Positions 1-14,000 of a DNA stretch of 64,000 nt are shown one piece after another (within the stretch, counting starts at the first letter, position 1; the number at the start of each line of letters is the position of its first letter). A model generated the notes under the pieces. The model saw only the letters and a program-made list of their open reading frames with translations. It had not been told where the DNA came from and did no database searches. Source of the stretch: Daphnia carinata (lineage: Eukaryota); assembly GCF_022539665.2 (NCBI RefSeq), contig NC_081332.1:1922001-1986000 (forward strand), written 5' to 3'. Position numbers and translations under genes: made by a program.

Positions 1-3000
1 ACTGCAGTGCCATGAACACTTGAACCATTCGAAGAAATGTAAATCGCAATAATAAAAAAAAAAAGGATTTTTGGATTTCATCCACTTCCGTAAATGGATA
101 CGAAATTCAATTAGCACGCCACGTAAGTATATAACATTTCTTTCCTTTTTTTTTTTCTAAACATACAATTTAATGCATATCCTTTATATTTGCCGCATAC
201 CAAACACACACGTCTATTATAAGGGTGGTGGGCGGAGGGATTTTCAGCGTTAAAAAAAAGATGGGCGGGGTCTTTTTTTTTGGTGAGGGGGGGTGGGTGG
301 ACGGCGCCGACGCCATCGCCCGTTATTATACCACAACACACATTTTCCCTTATACCGACCTGCCCTCGCCCTGCATATTATAGTTTATAGGCGAGCACCT
401 AAACATAACAGAAGATGAAAAACTTCGTTTCTTTCTTTTAAAAGTACAAAAAATAAATGTGCATTTTTTTTCTTTCGTTGCGTCATCGTCCAGCCGTTCA
501 ATAGTTTCGCCTTTTTGATCGATGGATGTTTCACCACCAACCGTCTACATAACATTGTGCTTTTATTTATCTTCAAATATTACCACGTGCAAATGTCCTG
601 GGCGATCTCCAACTGCACGGATGGCCGCCTTTTGAGCGATGGATGATGGATCATTTTCCACGACTTTTGGATCCCAGGTTTTTTCTGATTTCTTTTCAAG
701 TCTTCCGTTTTTAGAGCTAACTGTCGTGCTGCGTTTTCAAACATCATGGCTCCCAATGTTTTTGATTGTTGCTCAGAAAGCCGTGCCGTTTCGCTATTGT
801 TTGGGCTTGAACGCCGCATAACATACAGACTGGCTTTCGAGAAATAATCAGAATCACAAAAGAGCGACGAATCGACGCTACTGCAGCAGCACGCAGTGAC
901 GCAACAACATGTCTCAGACGCTTAACGTATTACGTTATGCCCAATTTGAAACATTTCATGGGTGCCGTATTATGTTCGTCATGTCTTACAGAGATTCTTT
1001 AAAAAAGAAATTATTACGTGCCATGTTGACCACGGATCGAACGCCCCCTATGGCTTAGGTTCATCAGAACACTGGAAAATCCCAGTTTTTCGGAACGATA
1101 TCGGAAGACAACTCTGTATACAATCTTCGTATTTGTTTTTTTCGGTCAATATCAGTGTGCGTTGATTGACTTATTGACACTTATGGAAGTGCCTGCCTTA
1201 TCTGTTTGTTTGCGTTACAGTCTCTCACTCTCCGTCTGTTGCCCAATCAGCCCATTAGGTATTTAGGCCATATTCCAAATGTCAAGTCTGGTCCAGGTAT
1301 TTCCAGTACACGAGGACTTAAAAGTAGAGGCTTCGCCCTTTTCCCTTTCGAAAACATCTTTAAAGATTAATACTTGCTCAAATGCAAATGAATGTTTTTC
1401 CGCATCGTCGGGTAATGTACGGTGTAATTATCTGCTGTGGCCAGGTGAAATGCGCGCCGTGGGTTGGAATTGATTATGAATTTTTTAAAAGATAGGAAAA
1501 TAACACGGGACGGCTAATGACGAGGCGATCAATTTCTAGGGAAATACCAGCACGGGGATGTTATAGCGAGAAGAAAACTTGGTCAAAGATGCCGCTAATG
1601 GACGGGGCGGTGAAATCACGGAAGTGTTTTGTTCGATTTTTCCCGCTAGCTCGTTCCGTCGTGTTCATTCAAATCGGTTTTTAATGGGAACCGTTGTTAA
1701 TTTGTGATTTTATTATGTTCAGCACTGCTAACGAAGCGCGTGAGAACTGTGGTAAATATAAAGAAAAACGTAAATGGGAATCAAAAACACGGTCGCCATC
1801 TATGAGAGATAAATACAAACTATTCTCCTACGCCATCTAGCCAACAAATTTTGTACCCTTTCGATTAAAAACAATTCGCCGGCAGATGACAAATAATACG
1901 CGTCAAACCGAAAATCTATCAAGAATGAAAGGTATAGTTTTATCTTACTTACAATCAAATCCCCCTTTTTAAAAAAATTAATTACTTGTTATTTACAGGA
2001 AAGATTTGACCAGCCAGCTGTGACGTCTCATTCTGATTTCGGGGTAATGGTACCGGACAATGTCGATATATTGTCCCACACCATTCAAAATGAAGGATGT
2101 TCTTGGCATTAACAAATAATAAAAGAAGAGACGTAAACAAGGAAAAAAAATTGACCAAAATAGAAAAATAAAACCATGAAAAATGATGAAACACATAAAG
2201 TTGATTCATCGTCAACCAAGCGGGTCTGCGACATATTCCCATTATCTTTCATTTTTTTCTTTCCTTTTTTATAATAGGATTATAAAGAAACGAGAAGAAG
2301 AAAAAAAAAAAGTTCACACTTTGTAAGCTTCAAAGCGGGAGTTACGCCTCAAGCCGCATAGACAAGCCACCCCCCCCCCCTGCCTTCCCCTTAAAAAAAG
2401 CGACGCAACAAATCATTCGGCGCTGTGGCAAGTAGGGCGTGACATTCCTCCGTACAATATCTACATAAAGGACACCTAACGCAACATAATACTCGGAAAA
2501 TAAAAATGAGGGTGGACGAATGCTTGGGCGCAAGGCTAACAACCTAATCAATTACAGGCCTGGAGAGATCTTGTACACGTGCAACGTTCAACCTGTCATC
2601 AGGTCCGTTTTTGTCTGCACGTTCCAAAAGCTCAATTTGCCAAACATTTTCATGTTTTTTTTTGTTCTTTTCTTCTGAGCTGTACAAACAGGCAAAATTA
2701 TAATGAGGGGCAATCCACCATGGCGTAACTAAACAGGTTCAGACACGATATTCACAAACATTCTTCTAGAACGGTGAAAAACAGGTGAAGGAGGCGAACT
2801 TTGTATAACATAGTGCAGCCTATTGTTTTAATTAAGGCAAAGCCTCTTTCAAAAAAAAAAAAAAAAAAAGAGACAGATACCTTGAATTAAAAGGGATATG
2901 AGAATTTTCTTTCCTTAATTAACTTTGATATTTCTTTGACTAGACCGTTCGCAGAGTTTATGTGTTTAGTTTAACTTGTTATCGTGAGAATCAGCAACGA

Positions 3001-4901
3001 AGCGTGAATATGAACAGTATTCTTGTACTTGCAGGTCTTTAGGTGTGCGGTCACGAACCACGTCCTTTTTTTTTCCTATTAAAACCACAACAATCTGTTT
3101 ACCCTTGGCCCTGTTTCTCTGTTGCCCAATGCCCTATGACAACCAGTCAACCACCTCTCACGTCCGTCCAAACGTAATCTCGTGAAGAACGCAAGAGAAA
3201 TTGTCCACTCCGTAAACCTCATAAATCGATTGTCAGTTTACTCTTTGAAAAAAAGAAAAACGTTCACGCCCTATCCTTTTAGGGGTTAAATTGAATTTTT
3301 CAAAGTGACTGATTTTTGTGTGCCATTGTGAATGGGGATGACGTTTAAGTGTCAAGAGTTCAATTAATCAGCCAATTGAAAGAAATGTCTGAAATCATCG
3401 CTACTGAACTGACTTAGGAAAAAAAAATGCAAAGTCACCCAACGGTGTTTACTGAATGCACGGGAGATATGGTCGATGATAAAAAAAAAAAGAACTTACC
3501 TGGAATTTGGAAGTCCGGAATTCAAGGTTGTGGAATTGCTATTGACGAGATTTCCTTTGCTAACTTCTGACCTGAATAGAATTGAAAGGCACCTGATTAT
3601 TTTTTTTTTACGGTCATAATGCTTCTATACAATCTTTTGTGTGCTTACTTTGAACGAAAAAGCATTCACGCATGACGAAATTCCTCCTTACATTCATAGT
3701 ATTTCCTAGAACATCCAATAGATGGCACTTTATATTAAAAAAATTTCGAGCCAAAAACAAAAAATTTAGTATTGAATACCTGAATTTGGGAACACCGTGA
3801 CACCATTAGGTGTGTTCAGTAACCAGAGCATAACTGATGGGTTCCTCTGAGGTCATCAACGCCGATAACAAAAAAAAAGTAGGCAGGGTCATCGATGAAT
3901 ACTTTCTTTTGTTATCGATCTCCTTTCAAATGCCGGGTAGAAATGTTGCCTCTAATGAGGGGTAGCAATTCTTAGAAATTAACATCTGGATGCCTTGAAC
4001 ATAAACCTATTAATAATTTGCAATTTAAGCCTTCTAAATATCAATTCATTTGCACCTCCCTCCGAGGCATCAATTGAGTTGTTTTTAAATATGCACGATG
4101 TCTAGCGATTAGCATGATTCTTTAAATGAATAATTCATTCAATGCAAATTGCCAAATATGAAGATGTGACTGATTTCTTTCTCAAAGGTTATACTAGTCA
4201 GTCACGTATGTTCCGTCCGTTTAAGCATAGCATTAAAAACTCAATGTCACGACAGTTTCGGTCTTTTTTGGCTTACGTTTGTTGTTATTGTCATGTCGAG
4301 TACGTCTTGACATTTGCTTTCATCTGTGACCATTTGAGAAGTCAGTGAACTTTCAAAGAGATGGCAAGTCGTGGTAATCATATACCGTTTAGAATTTCCA
4401 TAAAGTCATGATGGATTGTCATGATGGATTGCCAAGCTGTGATGCATGGTTACATCTGTTGCAGCTCGAATGTAAGAGATAATAGCCCATACCCCATTTG
4501 AACCGACCAACTGCTGTTGCATGGCGAGCTTCGGTCAACGAGTCTTACGTTAATGAAAGAGACTACGAGCGTTAAAAAGTCTACTAGTATTCTTAAATGT
4601 CACATTATAAAGCTTTATAATCTAATTGATAAAGTGATAAATAAAACATGCGTTTTTACCTTGCTAAAGAAGAAGTATTAGGTGCTGTGGGAAGAGGGTT
4701 CGAGTTGCTCTCCAGCACTGCCATTGTTTTTTTTGACACTGGGGCTTTATTTTCGTCTGCTTGGCTACGTGCACTTAAAAATTTAACGATGTATCAACGT
4801 TGTGAAACCGTGTTGAGAAATTGTTCCAATGTCACTTCGGTTTTTTAGCTAATAAAAAAATTTAAACGTCCAAAACACCCTGGTGCGATATCCAGGGGAA
4901 A

Positions 4902-6054
4902 ATGTTAATGTCTTTGCTCAGCATTGAAGGTGTTGGGGAAGAAGTTATTCTCAGCGCAGTCGCCTGTGTACTTGCACTCCTTGTGTTTGGATATTACATG
5001 ATGAGGTTAGTTTATTCGATAATTTATCCTGGTGTTGGTTAAGTTTTTGTGCTAATTCCTTTTTTTTTGTGTGTGTGTGTGTGTGTGGCCCTTGGTAGAA
5101 ATGAAAGACGAGAACAAACTGTTCATCCTGAAGAGAGGGAAAATATGAATTTACTTCGTGAATCCATGAGTGGTAAAACTTTTCCTTGTTCGTAAAAAAG
5201 AAAATAGGTGCTAATAGTGACATGTTTGACACAAGTTGAACCGAGAAGGAGGTACGGCTCACAGAATCAATGTCCCGTGTGCCTAAATGATATTGCCTAC
5301 GAGGTGGAAACCAACTGTGGTCACGTTTTCTGCTGTAAGTGTGAAAGCTTGCATTTTAGGCTAACACATACCAAAAGAAGATTTCTCTCCATTTTCAGGT
5401 AGGTGCTGGCTTGCTTACAGAGCCCATGGAAATTTCTTGGGGGCAGTCCGTTGCCCTGTTTGTAGACAGCAGGTGAATAGTCACACAAGGGCCACCATAT
5501 GGGATGCAATCAAGTTACAGATGTCTTACATTTCAGGTTACGATCCTGTTTCAGTGTTTCACCGAGAATGAATTGAACCCTACCAGCGGCTCAGAAGAAG
5601 AGCCGGAGCTCGGTACGTTCATCCGCGAAATTAACAGCTACAATCGTCGCTATAGCGGCGAACCCCGACAGGTGCTTCACATATGGTCAATTAAAAACGT
5701 ATTCATATTAATCGTTTGCCTATTTTCATTTTTTCCTGTTAGTTCTGGGAAACTGTACGCGAGCTTCCCATTTTGTTTCGTCATCTCGTAAGTGAAATCT
5801 TTTCGGAGGGTGGCTTCCTCTACTTGTATCGCCTTCGTGTCAGCCTTCTCGTCGTTGGCTGTGTGATCTACCTTCTCTCGCCACTTGATATCGTGCCGGA
5901 AGCCGCATTCGGCCTTCTTGGCCTTGTAGACGACATGTTGGTCCTGCTGGTCGTCAGCGTTTTCCTCACGAACGTGTACCGCAATTACATAGCTGACGGT
6001 GGCAATATTTTCGGCCGTCACAATCAGCCTCCACCTTCGTCCACGTCAAATTGA
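4902..6054 (+). CDS. RNF170: E3 ubiquitin-protein ligase RNF170-like (6 coding exons: ~4902-5005, 5099-5172, 5236-5334, 5399-5472, 5537-5671, 5743-6054)
   Basis: The spliced translation gives an N-terminal IEGVGEEV plus TM helix, a C3HC4 RING (CPVC..TNCGHVFC..C..CPVC), INSYNRRYSGEPR and the C-terminal YLLSPLDIVPEAAFGLLGLVDD (DUF1232-type) motif. All introns are GT-AG and in phase. Confidence 0.92.
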
Positions 6055-7293
6055 CTTGAAACATTAAAGTGCCGCTTATCTCTTTCTATTGTAATCCTGC
6101 TCGATTGTATATGTAGTATCACGTGCTGTTTTTTTAAATTCTGTTTGCTGGGGCCACTCATTTGAAAGCACTTTGGGATGGTGAATTTCTTCTGCTTATT
6201 TTTAATCTGTTGTTCTGTACCCATCCAAGAGAAGGAATTTGTATTTATAGAAAAATACCGACACTCGAAATAGACATGAAAGGAAAAAAAATGCAGCAGT
6301 CGGCAGCCCAGTATTTCAGCTGACGTAAGGTGGGGAGAGATGGGTGGGTGTTACAAATGGATTTCTTTTTTCTTTTCTTTTCCTGTTTAGTAGTTAATAT
6401 ATAATCCTCTTTCGTAACAAGAGAAGAAACAAAACAAGGATTTTTTGCAGGGAGGACTGGGTAGTGTATAGTGTGACAGGCATTTTCACAAAAAAAAATT
6501 TTATTTTGTTTTGTTTTTTTTAGGCTTATTTATAAATTGTTTCCGATCGAGCATATAACTCGGGACGCCAAAGTCTTGTAGTTTTTTTTTTTTTAGAAAA
6601 AAGATGGGTGGACAGAGAGAGAGAAAAGGGAGGGAACACAACCACGTCAAGAAGTCAAATATAATTATAAAGAGAAGTTATGCACACGACATTAGTCCTA
6701 TTTTTTTTTTCCTCCAGGAGTTTAGGATTTGTCCTCGGGTACTAGATATCAACACAACATATTGTAATAATAATTAAAGACAAAATATAAGAATGTCGGG
6801 GAGATAGGAAAAAAAAAAAAAATGGGGAGGCACTTTGCAAACCTTGACAATCTCCACGAAGAAAAATTTTAAGAATCATGGTGGTACAATTTTCATATAT
6901 TCAAAAAGGGTGAAAGAGGCTTGTGAAGTGATGATGGTAGAGAAGGATGAAAGATGAAGCCTCAGACACATTTTTCATTTTTAAAAAAGTGTTTTTAAAA
7001 ACAACTCACTCGGCTGGATCATTCGAAAAAGAAAAAAAACAACACACACACGCACACACATTATCAAATCAATATATATATATATATATGTGGATATATG
7101 CACACTCATGAAAACCCTCGGATATACAGAAGACAAAAAAACATGAGGCGATTGTCGGGGGTAGGAGGAACCCGAAAGTTAAGAAAAAAAAAATCCCTAC
7201 CCCGAGAAAAAAAAAAATTGATTTATATCTATAGTGAATAATTAATAATGAAAAATAAAAGGGATGTGTGTGGAGACGGACATCCCAAAAATT

Positions 7294-10200
7294 TTAGTGG
7301 CCGGCTGGAGAACGCGAATGCGTCCGGTGGTTCCCCGGCAAAGGAGAGGAAGACGACTGTTGGCCTCGGGGGCTAGGGCTGGCCATAGCTCCACCTACCC
7401 CCCCAAAAAAAAAAGACATTTTTAAAATGACGGACGTGAGAACAAAGTTGATTGTGTTTTTTTGTTTGTTTTTTTTCTGCGGTTAGATTGTTTGTTCTAC
7501 TTACCAAATTGCCCGTTGTACTCGGTTGAATCCATGCGGAGGATGTAGGGAATGACCGAGTCAATGTGGACGGTGCCGATCAACGCAGCGAAGAAGAGTT
7601 CTTCCATCAAACCAGGTTGGAGAGAACGTAGTGGCGGAAGTCGTAAAAGCAAGCGAGGGAACCTGTCTTCAGCTTCTTCATTCCACGTTTGCGTTACATA
7701 CGTCCGTAATTCTTTTACGGCCTTGTCTTGAAAACGCTCAACTTGGCGACCAGTCGATCCCGCGTGATCTACACAAAAAACGAAAACATAAAACGATGAC
7801 AAATGATGTAAATGTTGTTTCTTTTCGGCTGGCTAGTTTATAACAATAAATTCTTTTTTTTTTTTTTTTACCTGGACTAAAGAGTGCGATAGCTTTCAAG
7901 TAAGCATATTCATGTTCGTCAACTTGTAGTTTGGACATGGTGTTGACGTAATCTTGCAGCTGCAGAACGTGCTCCGTCACCTAGACAAACAATGGGAAGA
8001 AAGATGAACGGTCGTTAACTCAATTGCTGGGTTAAAAGGAAAGAAGGGGATGCGGTACCAATTTGACTCGCTGCGCCGAGACTTTGTCCTGAGCGACGGA
8101 TGCTTGCAGGTGGGTGATGATGGCCGTCAGAATGGCCGGTAGGGACATGATGTGAGAGCACTGCGCCATGCCGAGGGCAAAGAGTTCGGACCAGCAACCT
8201 CGGACGAGTTCGATTTGAGTGTCGGACGAGAGCAGCTGGAAGGCGCCGATAGATCGGGCCCAGTGTACCGAAAGGAATAGGAGCCGCGAGGCACTCTCGC
8301 AGATGTAGTGAGCATTGAGGAAGACGGGCATAGGTGACGGCGTCGTCAGCTGGAACGACACGTTACCATCTGACAGGAGGGGACCTTCCAACTCATAGAG
8401 ACCATCGTCTTCGTAATCGGCGCCCGTGCTCGACGTGTCTCCGCCGTTCATATTCTATGTGTAATAATAGTGAACAAGAATACGCTGTTTTACTTTTTTT
8501 TTTCATGTCTTTTTTTTTTTTTCTTGTGTGTGGGCAACGGGCAGGTTCATCTAAAGCAACAGGTGTTGGAAGTCGAATACGGTTGAGGGCATGACAGTTA
8601 TGTGGAAGCTATCTGCTGCGAAGAATCCCAGAGAAGAAAACAGGAGAACAATGGCATTACGAGGAAAGAAAGAAGAAAAGAGAAACTCTGTGCCACAATT
8701 GAATGCCACAACAGGTTTTCGAAGAGGCTCCTTCTAAATGGAGCCCAATTAATTCCTTTTTCCTTCAAAAATTTAATTATGCTTGAATAAACAGACATCT
8801 GAATGGTTCACTTATTATCGAATACCTCCAAAAGTGATGGAACGAGGTCATTAATCTAGACACCCTAAACCACGTCAATTTCGGTAGCACAATTTTAATC
8901 GATACGATTTTCAAAAACTGGATATTTTCCACTACTGTGTCAAGTGCAATCAATTTGAAATGTTATCACACGCCGTTTCGTAACGTGGTTTTCGTTTTTA
9001 ACGAGCAGACGAATACGCCTGGCGGCAAAAATCGCAATTGCAACGTTTCCAAACAAAAACAACAAATCTTACCACCAAAATAATGAGAATTTCATTTCTA
9101 AAAAAAAAAAAAAAAAAAAATGGCATTACCTTGGCCATGGTGTCAAATGCTTTGGAGATGAGGTTTTCTTTCGCCAGGTGAAGTGCATTAGCGACGGCCG
9201 CTTCATCGTTGGTGGTCGATGCAGAATCTTCGTCATCCGAATCGTCCTCCTCCTCCATTTTGACATTCTGTCCCCCTCCTCCTCCTCCACTTCCACCACG
9301 CTCGTGGTGGTGATGATGGTGATGATGATGTCGATCCGCATTCAAAGTTGCACGATCAGGTCTGTCAGCTGGCGACGCTCCTCGATGGTTCATCGGGTTA
9401 CTGCTGACACCGCCAAAGGCTTCTGAACGCATGCCGGCCAACGACGTCACCACGCTGGCCAGCGTGCTGAGATCCGCGTTCCAGCCAAAGGCTACATCGA
9501 TATTGTTTAACAAAATAAAAAAGGATCAATGGAGATGATGGGTCTTCTTCTTTTCACACATCGTTTTTCGCCAGCGGCTGATTGATTTATTTCAAACGAA
9601 ACGCCATGCAAATGTTTTGTTTTAAACAAAAAACTCACGTTTTAGGATACCTGGCGATGAAACGTTCTGTCCGGAGGCTGAGAGGGCGGCACTGGCCGCC
9701 GATGAGAGATCGCCGCGCAGGAGAAAGTTTGCCGACGTCAACAATTGAGACGATGGTGACTCGGATTTCTTGTCGCCGGCTGGCTTCCGTTCCGATTGTA
9801 CCGCTGGACGGTGAGAGTCAACACAATAGAAATTTGAAAAACAGCGAGAATTATGACGCATTCAAATCGATCGTCTTTGAACTCGAATTTTTAAGTGCAA
9901 AAATAATTTTTTTTTTTTTTTTTTTTTAAAGAATGGACAATTATTTACAATCGCTGCGCATGCCCATCGAGAGGCATTTTTGAAGACGGCAGTACTGGCA
10001 CCGATTGCGGTGGTGTTTGGTGACTTCGCAGTCTTTTCCGCCACGACACGTGTAGCCCAGCTGTTTGCGGATAGATCGTTTAAAGAAACCTTTACAGCCC
10101 TCGCAGCTAATTGCTCCGTAATGGCGCCCTACATGTTTTTGGATTTTTATTATTATTACAATCGAAAAAAGTGGTCGAATCAATTGCCGGCAATAAAAAA

Positions 10201-10348
10201 CAAAAACAAAAGACAATCGTTTTTCACCTGAGGCTCTGTCACCGCAGACGACGCAGTACTCGACGGAGAGGGCCATAGCTCCGCGCGGCGTCTTGTCCCC
10301 CGCGACGAGACTGATCGCCGAAGTGGACGAGTCCATCCTCATCGGCAT
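7294..10348 (-). CDS. Hr78: Orphan nuclear receptor of the HR78 / TR2-TR4 (NR2C/NR2D) group, multi-exon
   Basis: C4 zinc fingers ([31 protein letters not shown]...CQYCRLQKC), then SVQSERKP and the TR2/TR4-like motifs [13 protein letters not shown] and SKAFDTMAK. The ligand-binding domain has [20 protein letters not shown] and [10 protein letters not shown]...EELFF...IDSVIPYIL. The last exon ends ...SPAGH with TAA at 7294-7296. Confidence 0.92.
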
Positions 10349-11015
10349 CCAGTTGCACCTTTAATTAATCTTCTCTCCCTCCTTTTCTTTCTTTAACTTT
10401 GACTGTAATTTTTTTTTCTCAATAAATTTCAAACAAGAAATATATATCGCGTCGTTCTCTTTTTTTTTTTTTTTCTTTCTTGTTTCTCACGTTCTTCTAT
10501 CTCCCCACACAGCCGGCACGACCAATCGAAACAAAGCTGACCGGTTCACGCACCAATCATCATCTACAAAAGATCAAACATTCAATTAAAAATTTTTTTT
10601 TTTCAAACTCATTAGAAGAAGAAAAAAACAAAACAAGTCCGGTGGAAAGTTCAACCGGATATTCACAACAAGTTTCTTTCTTTTTTTTTTTTTTTTCGAG
10701 GACGGAAAAAGGACGTGCTTGGTGGGAGGGATGCGGTCACGCCGGACGAAACAATAAACAACCCCAGAAAGAAAAAAAAAAATCCCACCCAATACAAGTA
10801 ACACAAAAAAAAAAAAAAAAAAAATGGAAGAGAACCGACCTCATCATAAAAAAATAATAATAAAAGCTTTATTTTATTTTTTTTTTTTTTTCGGAACAAA
10901 AAAAGAGAAGGAGCAAAACGATGGTTGAGAGTGTCCAGTGTGGAACAAGGACGAATGGGGAAACGGACGCGGCTCACCTTGACACCCCAATGGCCACAAA
11001 AAGAAAAAGAAGAAC

Positions 11016-11046
<31 letters not shown>

Positions 11047-14000
11047 TTCCTTTCAATATATTTTTCTAGTGAGAAAAAAAAAAAGGCAGGCAAAACTGGG
11101 CAGCCAAGCGAAACAACCAAACCAAAAAAAATTACACCCCCCCCCCCCCCCCGAATTATTATATATTTTTTTCCTCAATTTCCAGGGAGCGCGACACCTG
11201 TTGCTTGCGGCACAACACACTTTTTTTTTTTTCAACAGTTAAATAACAAGAAAAAAGAAACACAATCGGTCACGAACTCCCCTGGCCTTATTTTTTGAAA
11301 GTTTTTTTTATACATTCCTTGATTTTGATCAATTTCATTCCCAATTAGTTTTGAACGTGTACCTTTTGCTTTTTGAACTCGTCGTTCGTTGACGTATAAC
11401 CCCAATCGCACCAAATTTCTCAAACACACCAACACACGAAAAAAATATTCAAATGTCCAATCGTTCACGAAAAATCGAGGGTTCAAAAAAACAAAAACAA
11501 AAACAGACTGAGCGAACGCGTGCGGGAGTGAGAGAGAGAGAGAGAGACGGATCAGAGTGGACCGTCTTGACGGCGACCTGGTCAGCGACTGTTGTGTTTT
11601 TTTCTCCCGCCTGTGAACCGCACACTCTCTCTCGTGTGGGTCGGTCGACTCGGTCGACTCCTCTCTGTGTGTGTGTGTGTGTGGCTCACGGCGCTAGCCG
11701 CTACACCACCTGGCTCTCTCTCTCTCTCCCTCTCTTTCCCCTCGTGTCTTCTCAGCCGCGGCCGACAGTACGCTGACCTGTTGCTGGAACGTGAACCCGT
11801 CACATGTGGTGTGTTCCAGCAGACCATGCGGAACCCGTAAAAAGAAAAAGAATTCTTTTTTTTCTTTTTTAAACACATGATTTTCTACATCCACCTTAGA
11901 AAGTCCGTCTCTCACAGCACACAACGGGTTGATTGCGTCCTTTTTGATGTAGCCGCATCTCTTCTACTTTGCGCTGAGTCAGCACGTGAACAGAAGCTTC
12001 ACTGTTGTCACATTTTCTCTTGTTCCTCCACCTCCTCTCTTTACACGATATTCTCACATTGAAAAGCGCCAGATGCGCTGCTGGATGATGCGTTTATTCG
12101 AATTGAAAAGAGACTCTCTCTCTCTCTCTCTCTCTCCTCAACATGACCTGCCAGGAATGTGCACCTTTACGCTGACCCATGACTTCATTTTTCAAAAAAA
12201 AAAAAAAAAAAATATTTCAAAAAGAATTTTTCGAATAACCAATAGTTCATCTTTAATTCCATTCTTTTCAAAGAAAAAAAAAAAAAACATTCCCCTATCC
12301 TTTGGTCAAAGATATTCGTATCAAGGTAGCGTATCGTTCCCATAGGTAAGACGGGACCCGAGGAATCTAACGACAGATGGCGTGCAACAGCTGCTGTTGC
12401 AACTTACTACAAAGTAGCCTCTTTTCACAAAAAAAATAAATAAAAATCGTAAATAATAAAAAAAAAAAAAAGGGCCGAGGGTTCAAGTTCCGCACGGCCG
12501 GGCACCTGTTCATCCAATCAAAGAGAAATGAATTTCACGAAGAAAAAAAAAAAAAAAAAACGAAGTCTTGGGGCCTGTGTGTGTAATGACGGGAGGTTGG
12601 CCAGAGGATTCGAGCGACTGGTCATCATCGTCCGTATATACACACCTGAGAAAAAAAAAATGGATTATATACCTTGAGCTTTTACTCACGGATGCGTGAA
12701 CAGACCCCGGTCTAGAAATAGACGGTGCGCCCGACGCATCCCCCCCAACGTGAGCGCTCGCGCGCGCGTCGGGCCATTTAGAAAAGAAGGTTCAAGGACC
12801 AAAAAAAAAAAAAAAAGAGACACCACCAACCACCGTCACCACCGCTAAGAAAAAAAAAATGGTTCATAACAACAAGGCTTGGGAAGGGAACTCGGCTTTC
12901 AAGAGAAATAAAAAAAAATGAGGAGAAAAGCTACTGGGCCGGAACTTGGAGGCTATGACCATCGGCGATGGTTTCAGGGGGTGGATGAAGAATAGAATGG
13001 AAAGCTCACGGTTCGATAGGGTTGACAGCCCACTAGACATCCCTTGAAAAAAAAAAAAAATCCGTTCAAACAAAGTTCGGGTCACGACTGTGTGTTCTAT
13101 ACAAACAAAAAAAAAAAAAAAAAACCCGAAAAATATATAAAAAAAAAAAAAAGGGGAACCTGCACAGACAGCAGCGATGACCGGGCAACTTTTATATTTT
13201 TCTCAAATGTCACTGAGAAAGAAAAAAAAAAAATTTTAAATGGCGTCCGTCACGGCTGCTGTGTCCCTCTTTTTTTTTTTTTCTGGTGTGCATCTTTCAC
13301 GAAACGGGTTGCGCTACATTTCCAAATGCTGCAAACAGCAAAAAGGAAAGAAAAAAAAAACAGGAGGAGGAGGAGGAGGACTGGAACTCATCATAAAATA
13401 CCGTCATATGTGTTTGTACACGGACAACATATCGAGAGGGGGACCTGCTGCCGACATCACTTGGGCGTGAATTGTACCCGCGAGAGAGCAGCCGACCGTG
13501 ATTTTTCTTTCTCTTTTTTTTTGTTTTTTCAATAAGAATCCCCACAGCCAACGTTCTTTAGAAAAAGAAATCTGTGACGGAGGTATTACACATGTTTGCC
13601 ATAGGGAAACGAGACGACAGATGGGGGCCGTACAATCATTGTTATTAGTTCCATCCTCTCACAGACCTTTTTCCTTCTTCTTTCAAATTTTATCGACTAG
13701 TTGACGTTAAAGTAAAAGTTCAACAGCAGTTGCAAAAAAAAAATAAAATAAAATAAAAGAGCTACGTTTGCGTTGATGTCCGGCCATTTAAAAAAAAAGC
13801 TTCTCTCTTTAAATAAATAAAAAAATGAGATCCGGCTGCCGAGATTCATATTTTTTTTTTCTTTTTTCAAATCGCCCGCTCGTCAATCAAACACCTGCGC
13901 GCGCGCGCGATCGACCGCAGCCGTGCCTTCAACTACCTTTTAACATGTGGTGAGAACCCAATGCGGTTTTCAAAAGGGGGAGGTAAGAATACATTTTGAA

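Noticed and set aside
1993..2110. Assignment of the RRHSW-containing frame to a PDE4/dunce first exon
   Set aside because: It is only a five-residue resemblance, there is no good donor after it, and no downstream domains lie in the window.
12755..13910. (CG)n tracts at ~12759 and ~13897 as Z-DNA regulatory elements
   Set aside because: They are short and sit in a region full of simple repeats, with no further evidence.
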